Source: an uncultured delta proteobacterium | Lineage (GTDB): Bacteria; Desulfobacterota; Syntrophia; Syntrophales; UBA5619 | DNA length: 64,000 nt | Direction of reading: 5' to 3' | Assembly (NCBI GenBank): GCA_963817385.1 | Contig: CAWFOM010000001.1 | Location: forward strand, 224,001 to 288,000 | Part shown: positions 10,624 through 22,242 of the stretch, piece by piece | Numbering within the stretch: the first letter of the stretch is position 1 | Layout of the letters: each line of letters opens with the position of its first letter | Position numbers and translations under genes: made by a program | The notes under the pieces: model-generated | What the model was told of the DNA's origin: nothing | Seen by the model: only the letters and a program-made list of their open reading frames with translations | Database searches by the model: none

Positions 10624-12247
10624 CTACAATTCCCTGACAGCGTCGAATTGCTGCGGATAGGGCGAGGGATCGATTCGCGCCTCGATGATTTTCGGCAGAC
10701 CATCGTCGGCGTTCAGGGCGCTGGCAAGGGCGCCCCGCAACTCTTCTTCCGTATCCACACTCCACGTCGGGATACCAAAACTCTTCCCCAAATCCCGGTA
10801 GTTCGGCCTGGTGAAAGCGGTCCCTCTCGGAACCTCGTAGTTCTTTTTGATCTGCTTGACGTCGATCAGGCTTAGCCTGCCATCCGAGAAAATGACCATC
10901 ACGATGGGCAGGCGGTACTGCATCGCCGTCGACAATTCGGGAAGGCGCATCATGAACCCGCCATCGCCGCACAGTGAGACAATTTTTCTCTTCGGTTCAT
11001 GCAGTTGCAGGGCCAGGGCCGCGGGGATGGCGTACCCCATCGTCGCCAATCCGTTCGACATGAAGAAACTCCCGGGCATCAATGCATCCCAGAGCTCGAT
11101 GACCAGGAGTTTGTTTGCGCCGACATCGATCGTCAGAAATGCCTCCTTCGGGGTCAGGTCACGGGTGGCGTTTATAACCTGGACAGCCGACAGACCGTCA
11201 ACCTTGAAATCGAGCACCCCTCGGGTATTGTCGCGGTATGCAACCATCTCCTCTGCCCGCCAGTGGGATTCAACATCAGGACACTCGTCATATAGCCTCT
11301 TTAGCGTCGAGGCGATTTCACCGACCAATTCAATTTCCGCATGGTAACTTTCTTCGGTATTCGGCACCATATCGATATACACAATGGGCTGCCGGTAATT
11401 CCATTTCTTCGGCAGCAGTTCCACCGGGTCCAGCCCGATGACGATTAACAGATCGCTCTTTTCAATGATCCGCTGCTCCAGGTTTCCCCCCATAAACACC
11501 CCGAGAGACCAGGGGTGATTGTCCGGCAGCGAACCCTTTACCTTGGCCGTTTTGAACGTCGGGATATTGAACCGCTCGACGAAATTTTGCAAATGCCCGT
11601 ACACTTCCCTCTTTGCCGCCGTTATCCCCAGCCCGACGATCACTACCGGTCGTTTCGCCCTGCAAATCCTCTCCAATCCTGATTTTAAGCATGCTGAATT
11701 TACTTCCGGCCAAAACTCCTCCGGCCTGACGGTATTTCCCGGGTCCGATATCTCCGCCTTTGACAGGTCATTCGGAAAATCGATATGTACCGGGCCTTTT
11801 CTCGGCATCATCGCCACCCGCAATCCCCGCGCCACCATCTCGGACCAGTTTGTCTTCGTCAGTCCGGCCGACAGTTTTGTAAACGGTTTGAAGAGATCAT
11901 TGTGATATACCTTTTGACGGTAGGCCAGATCGACCAGTCTCAGACCCGTACCGGTCGGTAAAAGCGACCACCGGAGACCTGTCCAGGGAGGCCTGCGCCA
12001 ACCCATTGCACAGGTTCAAGGCGCCCGGCCCCAGGGTGGAAAGACAGATGCCGGGAACTCCGGTCACATCCCCGAGAACACCCGCCATAATCGCAGCGGA
12101 CGTCTCATGCTGCGTTAAGATAAACTTGATTCCTTCATCCTCCGAAGTGTTTATCAGGTCGGCGGAACTTCCGCCCCCCGGTATGCCAAACAGAAAATCA
12201 ACCCCGGAACCCTTGAGCATTTTACTTACTGCCTGGGACATGTTCAT
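10624..12247 (-). CDS. Thiamine diphosphate-dependent enzyme, acetolactate synthase-like (frameshift near 11940)
   Basis: N-terminus MNMSQAV...FGIPGGG, THQE-like HETSAAIMA, GPGALN; C-terminal ATMGYAIPAA and GDGG ThDP motif. Confidence 0.88.
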
Positions 12248-12296
12248 ACAACCATTCCTGCCTTTCCTATCAATTCGTTTTCGGACATCACTGCCA

Positions 12297-13446
12297 TCAT
12301 TTCCCGGACTTATAGATTTTTTCGGACACGTAGACACGCCCGTCCATGATCCGCCGGGCCGTCCGGCCCACCGTGCAACTGATGATGACCGGCCCGTCTT
12401 TCCTGAATTGCGCATCCACCTTCAGATCCATCCTCCCTGACGGGTGACCGATGACGATCTGGGCTCCTGCCGACACCGGTGAATCCTCCCGATACCACCC
12501 GATTGACCACGGAATCCGGAATGACCGCCGCAATAGCCGCCGGGATGCCTGCGGTTATCGCGAAGGTCTTGTGCATCTTCCCCATGGCCATCAGGCGGGC
12601 CAGCAGGCTGACCGACCCTTTCCCGATCGTTTCCCCCGTTGACGTCCGGAAATCCCGGGCGGCGGCGATGAAGGCGATTTTCGGAATGGACTGGCTCACC
12701 GGTATCCCCATCAATTCACCGACCTTCTTCCGGATGGCCTCCAGCTTCGTCCGTGTGGCCGTATCCTTATCGAATTCCGCCGGGAGTTCGTCCCCCCGGA
12801 GCTTCAAGTCTTCGGCACGGATAAACGCCGTCGGGTTGCCCGCATCGACGATGGTCGCGGCATACCTCTCCCCCGACGCCAGTATCACCTCGTCCACCGC
12901 GTGTCCGGTGGGGAGAAGCCTCCCGGTGGTCGCCCCGCCCGGGTCCATGAAACTCAGCTCGATCCTGGCTGCGGTCCCCGGACAGCCGGCGATCTCGTAA
13001 TCGCCGTCCGGGGCGAATCTTCCCTTCCTCACCGGGACTTTCGCATGAATCATCTTCTTCGTATTGGTGTTGTAGATGCGAACGACGGTGAAGGGCTCGA
13101 TTGCTTTCACCAACCCCTTGTCGACCGCGTACGGCCCGACCGCCGAGCTGATATTTCCGCAATTGGCCGAGTAATCGACGAAGGCCTTCTCGATCCCCAC
13201 CGCCCCGAAGGTGTAGTTGATGTCGCGACCCGGCTCCGCCGCGGGAGCGATGAGAGCCAGCTTGCTCGTGAGGGAATCCGCCCCGCCCAAACCGTCGATC
13301 TGGCGGAGATCCGGACTTCCGAAAATGGCCAGGATGATCCGGTCCCGCAGCGCCGCATCCCGCGGCAGATCCTTTTCCATCAGGAAAATCCCCTTGCTCG
13401 TTCCGCCCCGCATGATCGTGCACGGGTAGGTGGTTTTTTTCCGCAC
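12297..13446 (-). CDS. PrpF / 3-methylitaconate isomerase / 4-oxalomesaconate tautomerase family protein (frameshift near 12460)
   Basis: MRGGTSKG, RQIDGLGG, TSK, NCGN; tail IGHPSG...RTARRIMDG in ORF 12297..12533. Confidence 0.9.
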
Positions 13447-13796
13447 TCATTCCTCCTTGTTCCATGAATGGAGACGCCCTCGGACACCACGCGCCGGGCA
13501 TCTCCGCCCGACCGCTCGCGTGGACATGCTTATGAGAGCAGCTCAGTGAGTTCGGGTAACGTTTTCCATAAGGGCTTTCACCTATAATCCATGAAGGATC
13601 TTGGGTTATTTTTGAAAAGGGGATGCACGATAAGGAACTAAATCATAGTTGCGATAGCACCGCAGTGCAATGCCTGTCAAGAAAATATTCCCGGCGTAAA
13701 CGCTGGGTGGTCCTGATTCCGAATTTACTGCTTGAACTTGAGAAAGAAAGGGGATATACAGCGCCATACTCTTAAAACATATGAGGAACAGCGTTC

Positions 13797-14636
13797 ATGG
13801 CTATGATGTTGAAAGATTCTTTACAGACCATACAAACCCATAAGGCTCTGAGCCCCCACTATACGGAGCTCTTGGAAATTCTTGAGGAGATCCTGATCCT
13901 GCGAGAGGAGTACCGCCGCCGGATGAAGACGGAGATCTTTCCCGTCGAGAAAAAGCTCATTGCCGCAAAAGTAGCGGGGGGGCTTCCCCTCGTGGATTTT
14001 TCATCCGTCAACTTCGACCTCGCGGAACCCAGAGACTATTTCTTAGCCCTGCTGGAGATCGCGGAGAAGCGATCGCCCGGGGAAACGGGAGAAATGGCGA
14101 GGAAAATCGGAGACGGCGAGATCAGCTTCAACGACCTGATCTACGAATCCTTCAATCCTCTGCCCCTGGAAGAAGAGGCGGCAGCGGATGAAGAGGGTGA
14201 GGACTCGTTCGATCTTGTGGAGCTCTTCATCGAAGAGAGTCTGAGACCGGCCCTGGAAAAAGTCGTAGAAGTTTACGGCGACACCGTCGGGAAGATGGAA
14301 TGGTCGGAGGGTTACTGCCCCATCTGCGGGCGTGAACCCAAGATCGGTGAGATCCGGGATGAAGAGGGAACCCGCTACCTCTTCTGCAACCAGTGCGGCT
14401 TCGAGTGGTGTTATCGGCAGATCAAATGCCCCTTCTGCGGCAACGAGGAACAGCAGACCCTCGCCTATTTCACGATCGAAGAGGATGACCGGTACCGGGT
14501 CGACGTATGTAACGAGTGCAAGCGGTACATAAAGATCGTCGACTTTAGGAATACGAGGGAAAAGCCGGACCTGGACGTGGAGGATATCGCCACGCTCCAT
14601 CTTGATATGCTCGCCAATGATGAGGGCTACGATTAG
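13797..14636 (+). CDS. fdhE: Formate dehydrogenase accessory protein FdhE
   Basis: Four CxxC pairs: CPICG, CNQC, CPFCGN, CNECKRYIK; DIATLHLD. Confidence 0.88.
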   Translation: MAMMLKDSLQTIQTHKALSPHYTELLEILEEILILREEYRRRMKTEIFPVEKKLIAAKVAGGLPLVDFSSVNFDLAEPRDYFLALLEIAEKRSPGETGEMARKIGDGEISFNDLIYESFNPLPLEEEAAADEEGEDSFDLVELFIEESLRPALEKVVEVYGDTVGKMEWSEGYCPICGREPKIGEIRDEEGTRYLFCNQCGFEWCYRQIKCPFCGNEEQQTLAYFTIEEDDRYRVDVCNECKRYIKIVDFRNTREKPDLDVEDIATLHLDMLANDEGYD

Positions 14637-14660
14637 CCTTCCCGCTGTCAGAGAACGCCC

Positions 14661-15317
14661 ATGGACGACCGACATATGGCGGAGATCATCCGCCTTCTCG
14701 AACGAGAGCTCGAACAACGGGAACTCCCCATCGTCTCGCAGTTGGCCGAGGAGCGCCGCGACCCCTTTAAGATCCTGATCTCCACGCTCCTGAGCCTCCG
14801 GACCAAGGACGAGGTGACGGCGGTGGCCACGGAAAGGCTCTTTGCTCTGGCCTCAACACCGCAAGAGATGCTCCGGCTTTCCGAGGAGAAGATCAGAAGG
14901 GCGATCTACCCCGTCGGATTCTACCGGACCAAGGCCGAAACGATCCGTCATGTCTGCCGCGATCTGATCGACCGGTTTCACGCTCAAATCCCCGACACCC
15001 TCGACGCGCTCCTGACGCTCAAGGGGGTGGGGCGAAAGACGGCCAACCTTGTCGTCGCGCTCGGGTTCCACGGCGACGGTCTCTGCGTGGACACCCATGT
15101 GCACAGGATCTCCAACCGCTTGGGCTACGTCCGCACCAAAACCCCCGAAGAGACGGAGTTCGCCCTTCGGGAGAAACTCCCCCGGAAATACTGGCTGCGA
15201 TACAACACCCTTCTGGTCGCCTTCGGAAGGAACACCTGCCGCCCCCTGTCACCGTTCTGCAGCAGCTGCCCGGTGGCGGTGTATTGCGACCGGGTCGGCG
15301 TGACGAAGAGCCGCTGA
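14661..15317 (+). CDS. nth: Endonuclease III
   Basis: HhH LKGVGRKTAN, VDTHVHR, C-x6-C-x2-C-x5-C Fe-S motif. Confidence 0.93.
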   Translation: MDDRHMAEIIRLLERELEQRELPIVSQLAEERRDPFKILISTLLSLRTKDEVTAVATERLFALASTPQEMLRLSEEKIRRAIYPVGFYRTKAETIRHVCRDLIDRFHAQIPDTLDALLTLKGVGRKTANLVVALGFHGDGLCVDTHVHRISNRLGYVRTKTPEETEFALREKLPRKYWLRYNTLLVAFGRNTCRPLSPFCSSCPVAVYCDRVGVTKSR

Positions 15318-15374
15318 AGAGCGTGTTTCCGGTCTGATGGCACAAGCGTGCCGGGAAGGAGAGTATCCTTCCCA

Positions 15375-15402
15375 TTGACACGGTTCTAGATGGTGATACA
15401 AT
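15375..15402 (+). promoter_or_regulatory. Sigma70 promoter of gap
   Basis: TTGACA-16 nt-TACAAT with extended TGn. Confidence 0.65.
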
Positions 15403-15411
15403 CCGTTCTAA

Positions 15412-16470
<1,059 letters not shown>

Positions 16471-16500
16471 GAGAGGGGAAGATGATAAGGAGGTGTGCAC

Positions 16501-17781
16501 ATGGGAAAAGTTGAGGTTTTTGAAAAGAAGCGGCCCGTTCTCGGGATCAACAGCTTGGGGAGGATCGGCAAGCTTACCCTGTGGCATCACATCGGGAGAA
16601 AATATTTTCAGGAAATCGTCGTCAATGTCGGAAGATCGGTCGGCACCGGGCTTCCCGCCATAGCGCAGCTGATCGAAAAGGATGCCACCTATGGATCCAT
16701 CCACAAGTTCCTGTACGGCATCAAGGCGGAAAGGATGATTCAGATCGTCGATGAGAAGAAGGGCGCGCTCCTCATCGACGGCATCCCGGTGACCATCCTG
16801 CGCGAGGCGCGAAATCCCGCCGATATCGGCTGGCGGAACCACGGCGTTGATGTGGTCGTGGAATGCACCGGCAAATTTCTGGACCCCACCCTGGCGCCCG
16901 ATGAAAAAAGCGGCTCCGTGAAGGGACATCTCGCCGGGGGTGCAAAGGTGGTTATCAACTCCTCGGCTTTCAAAATAAAAAACAAGGCCCTCTCCATTCC
17001 CCCGGAAGCCGCAACCCTCATTTACGGGATCAACCATACCGCCTTTAACTATAAGAAGCATCAGGTAATCTCAGCTGCTTCCTGCACCACAACGGGGCTC
17101 GCGCACATGATCAAGCCGCTCCTCGCCAATGAAGCGACCCGGAAAATCCTCACCGCATCCATGTCGACGGTTCACGCGGTTACCAACTCGCAGAGCATCC
17201 TCGATAAGACGCCGAAGGCCGGCGAAAAGGATCTGCGGAAAAGCAGAAGCACGCTGAACAATATCATCCTGACTTCCACCAATGCCGCCGATGCTTTGAG
17301 CCAGGTGATTCCGGAGGTGAAAAACATCGGTTTCATGGCGGACTCCATCAGGGTGCCGACCAATACGGAATCGTTGATTATCCTGAATGTCACCTTTCAA
17401 ACCCGGTCGGACAAAGGCGGCAAAAACGCCCCGCTTTCGGCGGAGATGATCAATGAGATCTACAAGAAGGCCTCCGAAAATGATCCCGAGCATCTGGTTC
17501 ATTTTTCCGCAGAGCAGAACGTATCGACCGATCTGATCGGCATGGATGCGGCCATCGTCATCGAAGGACAATTCAACCACACCCGAACGGCGTTCATCGA
17601 TATCGATCTCTCCGCCGTCCCCGATCTGCCGGATGCCTTTCTCGGGACGTTATCCCGATCGACCATGCAGATCCCCGTTGTCCACGCGAAACTGTTCGGC
17701 TGGTATGACAATGAATACGGCAGCTACACGAACAGGCTCGGCGATCTGACCGCGTACATCCATAAAAGTCTCTTCCCATAA
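16501..17781 (+). CDS. Divergent long GAPDH-family protein (426 aa)
   Basis: GINSLGRIGK, SAASCTTTGL, HAVTNSQ, RVPT and WYDNEYG, with several insertions. Confidence 0.85.
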   Translation: MGKVEVFEKKRPVLGINSLGRIGKLTLWHHIGRKYFQEIVVNVGRSVGTGLPAIAQLIEKDATYGSIHKFLYGIKAERMIQIVDEKKGALLIDGIPVTILREARNPADIGWRNHGVDVVVECTGKFLDPTLAPDEKSGSVKGHLAGGAKVVINSSAFKIKNKALSIPPEAATLIYGINHTAFNYKKHQVISAASCTTTGLAHMIKPLLANEATRKILTASMSTVHAVTNSQSILDKTPKAGEKDLRKSRSTLNNIILTSTNAADALSQVIPEVKNIGFMADSIRVPTNTESLIILNVTFQTRSDKGGKNAPLSAEMINEIYKKASENDPEHLVHFSAEQNVSTDLIGMDAAIVIEGQFNHTRTAFIDIDLSAVPDLPDAFLGTLSRSTMQIPVVHAKLFGWYDNEYGSYTNRLGDLTAYIHKSLFP

Positions 17782-17856
17782 GACGATGGGGCATCGGAGG
17801 ATGAACTCCCGGGGACGTTCCACGGTGGGGTGCGGGAACGGGGAACCTGAGAAAGA

Positions 17857-20800
17857 CTAGAAGGCGATTTTATACGACTCATCGGCGCCGATTTCGTGCT
17901 TCCCGATATAGACAGCCCCGCTCCAGCCGTCAATACTGATAAAATCCCCGCTTTGTATGGTTTTCTCGTCAACCATGCTGTACCCTTCCGACTCATAGAC
18001 GTGAAGCTTATTGAAGCCCACTACGCCGACTTTGTTGAGCTGGGGGATCGTAACCGCCGCATGGGACGTACCGCCGCCCCTCGCCGTCAGGATACCGTCG
18101 ACCTTCAGGATAATGCCGACATCGTCGGGAACCGTATCGGGGCGTATCAGGATCAAGGCCGTTTCCGGCTCCTTCTCTCTGAGCTGTTCGATCTCTTTTT
18201 CGGAATAGACCGCCCTTCCGGCTAATGCGCCGCCGCTTACCCCGATGCCCATGCCGAGAAAAGAGTGCTCGAGTTCCCGGTCAACGATAAAGGTTCTCAC
18301 TTTCCCCTGTTCCCGCTGAACCATGTCCCGCGTCTGGAGGATATAGAGGCCTTTTTTCGTGGCATCCTCGAAGGTAAATTCGATTTCCTGATGGTTGAAT
18401 CCTTTTTCATAGACCAGAATTTCCGCAATCCTGACCAGTTCGTTGTAGGTTTCCGGAAATTTCGTTTCGAGGGAGATGATGTCACCCCTTCTCTCGGCAA
18501 TCCGCTGTTTTTCCGAAATGGGGAATGTTTCCACGAGACCCGAGACGATATCATCCCCCTGAACGCAAAAGATGAAATCTCCGTAGATGGCGACGTCCTG
18601 CGATGAACCTTTGGGATCCCGGGTAAAGATCACCCCTGAACCGGAATTTTTATGCAGGTTACCGAACACCATGGCTTGGATAATGACGGCCGTGCCCCAT
18701 TCGTCGGAAAGATGCATCTGACGGCGGTATATCCGCGCCTGTTCGGAATTCCAGGAGGCGAAAACTTCAACGATGGCATGCTGCAACTGCTGATAGGGGT
18801 TATCCATGATCCTGATGCCCCGCGTTTGCATCGCCTCCTTATAGGAAAGGGCAAGCTGCCTCATCTGTTCCGGGTTGAACTGAATCTTCTTCACAACCGC
18901 GTATCGTTTTTTGTAACTTATCATAATTTCATCAAAAATGTTCCTTTCAAGTCCCTGGAACATTCCCCAGGTCTGTAAAAACCTGCGGTAAGAATCCCAT
19001 GCAGCCCACTGATGATCCTTTTCCTTGGCGAGACCATCCGCGATGGTTTCATTGATACCCACATTGAGAAATGAACACATCATACCGGGAAGGGAAATCG
19101 TGGCGCCGCTTCTGACGGAAAGCAGAAGGGGGTTCGCGGGATTGCCGAATGTTTTTCCGGTAATCCGTTCAAGCTCCCTGATCTGCTCGTAAACCCTATG
19201 CCTCAGATCCGCATAAATATATTTATACCGGATGACCCCTTCATAGCCCCGAAATACTTCCGTTGTAATAATAAATCCCGGCGGTACGGGCAGATTGAAT
19301 GATGTCAGCTGCTTTAACATGTAGGCCTTGTTGCCGATGAGGATCTGGTTGTCCGTATCCTTGTTTTTTTTATACAGGGTCGATATGGCCAATTCGGGGA
19401 TATAGGCCATGACCAGATTGAGGATCTCTTTATTGTCCTTGAATTTTTCAAGCTCGGCGCTCAGCGTCCTGATGATGGCATTCACGAAATTATCCAGGAC
19501 CTGCAGGCCGAATGCAGAGGCGATGATGGACCGGATAAAGTTTTCCGAGTATTGGTAAAAGGCCTTCGGGTCCTTGCGGGCCATGGCTTTCTTGTCCCCG
19601 TATTCATCACGATCGATCATCTGGCCGATGATGACGGGCAGATTGGCGCGATGGGCATCGATATAATAATCGCGGGTGATGTCCCGAATGCCCTTTGCAA
19701 TGAACTGGAAGATATCGATATACTGATCGATCGAAAACTGTCGTATCTGCAAAGCATTCGTAATGTACCGCAGCTTTGCCACGAGCCCTTCCGTTGCCAG
19801 ACCTTCGAGGTCGAGCGCTTTGATATAGAGCCCGAGGTATTCGTGGATTCTCAGGAGCGTACTTTTTGTGATGAACTTGAGATTCAGGGATTCCACGAGT
19901 TTTTCAAAGAGCACCGTGGCGAAGCTTTCCAGGCGGAGGGTGAGACCCATGGCTTCAAATTTTTCTTCACGATAGGTCCCGTACATGGAAGGGATGCCGG
20001 CCGCAATATGCCGTTTATGATAAATATTTTCAAAATAGTCTGTCTTTTGCGGTGAGAGTATCTTCTCTTTCAGAGAGGCGATCATGGCCAGAATGACGGT
20101 CAGGCTTTTGTAATCATCCTCTCTTGCCAGTGAGCGTTTGAGGGAACGAACGTTCCGAGGGTCAAGCAGGCAGGATGTTTCAAGGTCTTTCAGGATATCG
20201 ATGTGCTGATGGAAATATTTTTTATAGATCAGCTGATAGAACCTGATCATTAGTCCGGCACGTTCCTTTTCCCTCTCGATGACACCCTTGATACCGGCGA
20301 TCTCCCCGGCAATTTTCTCCTGGTTCCATTCAAGCAGCTTCGGGACATCGCCATGGATCTTCTCGAAGAGCCTGCCAAAGATGATATGGAGACCGTCAAA
20401 ATATTCTCCTGAAGCCTTGATCTCGCGGTAAACCTCCGCCGGCAGGTGATCCTTCAGACATGTTTTGTCGCCGGAGTTCCAGTAGCGGAATATATCTTCG
20501 ATGAAGGGCACCAAACGGCTGTTGCTTTCCACGTGGGACTGCTTCCGCAGAAAATAGATGAGCCGGTCGTTTCTGGCGGAAAGTTCATCCACCGCAGTGG
20601 AAATCGTACGAAGCTCCCCTTCCGCGCCTATCTCGCTGAAAAAAACCGGGAAGATTCTGAGGAGCTGTTTCACCAGGTTGTATGCCGGCAGGATATCCGA
20701 ATTGAGCAGCAGGGAGATATCCTTCTGGAGGAGGTCCGTATCCCGAACAAATACTCCCTTTAGCTTAAGATTGATAATGAGGGCCGAGAGCAGTTTCTTC

Positions 20801-22071
20801 GTCCATCTCGGCTTCCGGGCGATTATCTCCAGCCAGGAACGGACGTTTTTAATGTGGGTCGGGTTCACCCGGATCTGCCAGTCGGTGGTAGGTCCCTGAA
20901 CCTCGGGATGCTGAAAACCGAAGGCAACGAGCTCCTCGATGAAGGTATCCACAACGGCATGGTTGTTGGCTTCAAAGACTTCCTTGGCCAGGGTCGTGAT
21001 GCAATCGAGGATCGAACTCTGGTATTGATTCTGTGCGGCCGTTTTTTTCAACAACCGGAAGATCTTTCGTACAAGATCGTTGACATTACGATCATTTTCT
21101 TCCCGTAACGCTCTTCCCAGACAACGATTGATCTCGATCAGGCCTGCGTTGTAGATATCGGACAGCCCGGCAACGTTCATCATATTGAAGAGAAAATCGA
21201 GCTTTGCCAGATAGTGGCGTCCTTCAAAGGCGCTCGATTTTTCAAGGGCATCCGCAATTACAAGGTATCCGCTTGCGATCTGCACATGGTCGGGCATCTC
21301 CAGGTACGGCGCAATCGGATCCGCATCTCTCACTGCGCGATGGTCAATCTCTTCCAGACGGGCGAGCAATCCCCGGATATGCTCATGGGAAAGAGGGTTG
21401 ATCAGCTCTCGATAGGCGTCACGGCCTTCCGGGGTCTCGCCTTCCGCGGAGAACCATGGTGAAGGATCGGGTTGCGTCAACCAGAAACGGTACGTCGCTT
21501 TGAAAACTGCCGAGAGAAGTCCGAGGAGTTCATGATGGTCCGTGTTGATCGAATTCTCCCTCATCAGCCGTGCGGTCGCCTTCAGGTAGCTTGATGATTT
21601 TTTTAACATGTCACTCTGCGTCCGTGACAGATCGACGAGTGACTGCAAGACGGGTGAAAACAGGGCCGCGTTTCTCTGCAGAAGATTGTTGCTGTTGGAA
21701 AGAATGGTATTGAGGTATTCAAAACAGTAACGGACGGCACTGTCCCTGACCTCTTCATCGCGGGCCGAAGAGATGACGGCAAGATAGATATCCGCCAGCT
21801 TTTTCAGTGCGGGCAATCCCTCTTCATGGATGTTGAAGTCGTAGAAATCGCCTATGGAAAGGCTCTTGAGTTGGGCAAGCACATATTCCCAGTTCACAAA
21901 AGGGTGGTGCAGCTCGACAAGCAACTCTTCCGTCCGTTTGAAAACTCCGTAGTGGTCTTTTGCGACATCGAGGAGTATCCGGTATTCATCCGGGATCTCC
22001 ACATCCGCTCTGGTTCTTTCCAGATTGATCTCCAAGGCGGTCAAAGGCCGCGTCGTTTCCTGTGTATCCAT
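17857..22071 (-). CDS. PPDK/PEP-synthase-like dikinase: ~900-aa unknown N-domain, ATP-grasp domain and phosphohistidine domain; no pyruvate-binding barrel
   Basis: IGNK, PVPPGF, LLSVRSGA, QAMVFGN, QGDDIVSG, EIEFT..LYILQTR and GGTSHAAV; the protein ends right after the swivel domain. Confidence 0.85.
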   Translation of the reverse strand: MDTQETTRPLTALEINLERTRADVEIPDEYRILLDVAKDHYGVFKRTEELLVELHHPFVNWEYVLAQLKSLSIGDFYDFNIHEEGLPALKKLADIYLAVISSARDEEVRDSAVRYCFEYLNTILSNSNNLLQRNAALFSPVLQSLVDLSRTQSDMLKKSSSYLKATARLMRENSINTDHHELLGLLSAVFKATYRFWLTQPDPSPWFSAEGETPEGRDAYRELINPLSHEHIRGLLARLEEIDHRAVRDADPIAPYLEMPDHVQIASGYLVIADALEKSSAFEGRHYLAKLDFLFNMMNVAGLSDIYNAGLIEINRCLGRALREENDRNVNDLVRKIFRLLKKTAAQNQYQSSILDCITTLAKEVFEANNHAVVDTFIEELVAFGFQHPEVQGPTTDWQIRVNPTHIKNVRSWLEIIARKPRWTKKLLSALIINLKLKGVFVRDTDLLQKDISLLLNSDILPAYNLVKQLLRIFPVFFSEIGAEGELRTISTAVDELSARNDRLIYFLRKQSHVESNSRLVPFIEDIFRYWNSGDKTCLKDHLPAEVYREIKASGEYFDGLHIIFGRLFEKIHGDVPKLLEWNQEKIAGEIAGIKGVIEREKERAGLMIRFYQLIYKKYFHQHIDILKDLETSCLLDPRNVRSLKRSLAREDDYKSLTVILAMIASLKEKILSPQKTDYFENIYHKRHIAAGIPSMYGTYREEKFEAMGLTLRLESFATVLFEKLVESLNLKFITKSTLLRIHEYLGLYIKALDLEGLATEGLVAKLRYITNALQIRQFSIDQYIDIFQFIAKGIRDITRDYYIDAHRANLPVIIGQMIDRDEYGDKKAMARKDPKAFYQYSENFIRSIIASAFGLQVLDNFVNAIIRTLSAELEKFKDNKEILNLVMAYIPELAISTLYKKNKDTDNQILIGNKAYMLKQLTSFNLPVPPGFIITTEVFRGYEGVIRYKYIYADLRHRVYEQIRELERITGKTFGNPANPLLLSVRSGATISLPGMMCSFLNVGINETIADGLAKEKDHQWAAWDSYRRFLQTWGMFQGLERNIFDEIMISYKKRYAVVKKIQFNPEQMRQLALSYKEAMQTRGIRIMDNPYQQLQHAIVEVFASWNSEQARIYRRQMHLSDEWGTAVIIQAMVFGNLHKNSGSGVIFTRDPKGSSQDVAIYGDFIFCVQGDDIVSGLVETFPISEKQRIAERRGDIISLETKFPETYNELVRIAEILVYEKGFNHQEIEFTFEDATKKGLYILQTRDMVQREQGKVRTFIVDRELEHSFLGMGIGVSGGALAGRAVYSEKEIEQLREKEPETALILIRPDTVPDDVGIILKVDGILTARGGGTSHAAVTIPQLNKVGVVGFNKLHVYESEGYSMVDEKTIQSGDFISIDGWSGAVYIGKHEIGADESYKIAF

Positions 22072-22187
22072 GCTTGCAGATTAATGCGAATCCCGGAATA
22101 TTGCAATTGAAGATTCGTAAGGAATGGAACCATTCGCTGTGCGCTCGCTGATAGTTTCATAGCTTCCCCGGCTCTGCAAAAAATAGG

Positions 22188-22216
22188 TTGACGAATATTG
22201 ACCGGCTGACTATACT
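22188..22216 (+). promoter_or_regulatory. Sigma70 promoter of tpiA-secG
   Basis: TTGACG-17 nt-TATACT. Confidence 0.65.
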
Positions 22217-22242
22217 CCAATTTTATTGATCATTTGGAGGAT

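Noticed and set aside
17857..22071. Canonical ppdK or ppsA assignment
   Set aside because: No C-terminal PEP/pyruvate-binding barrel, so no gene symbol was given.
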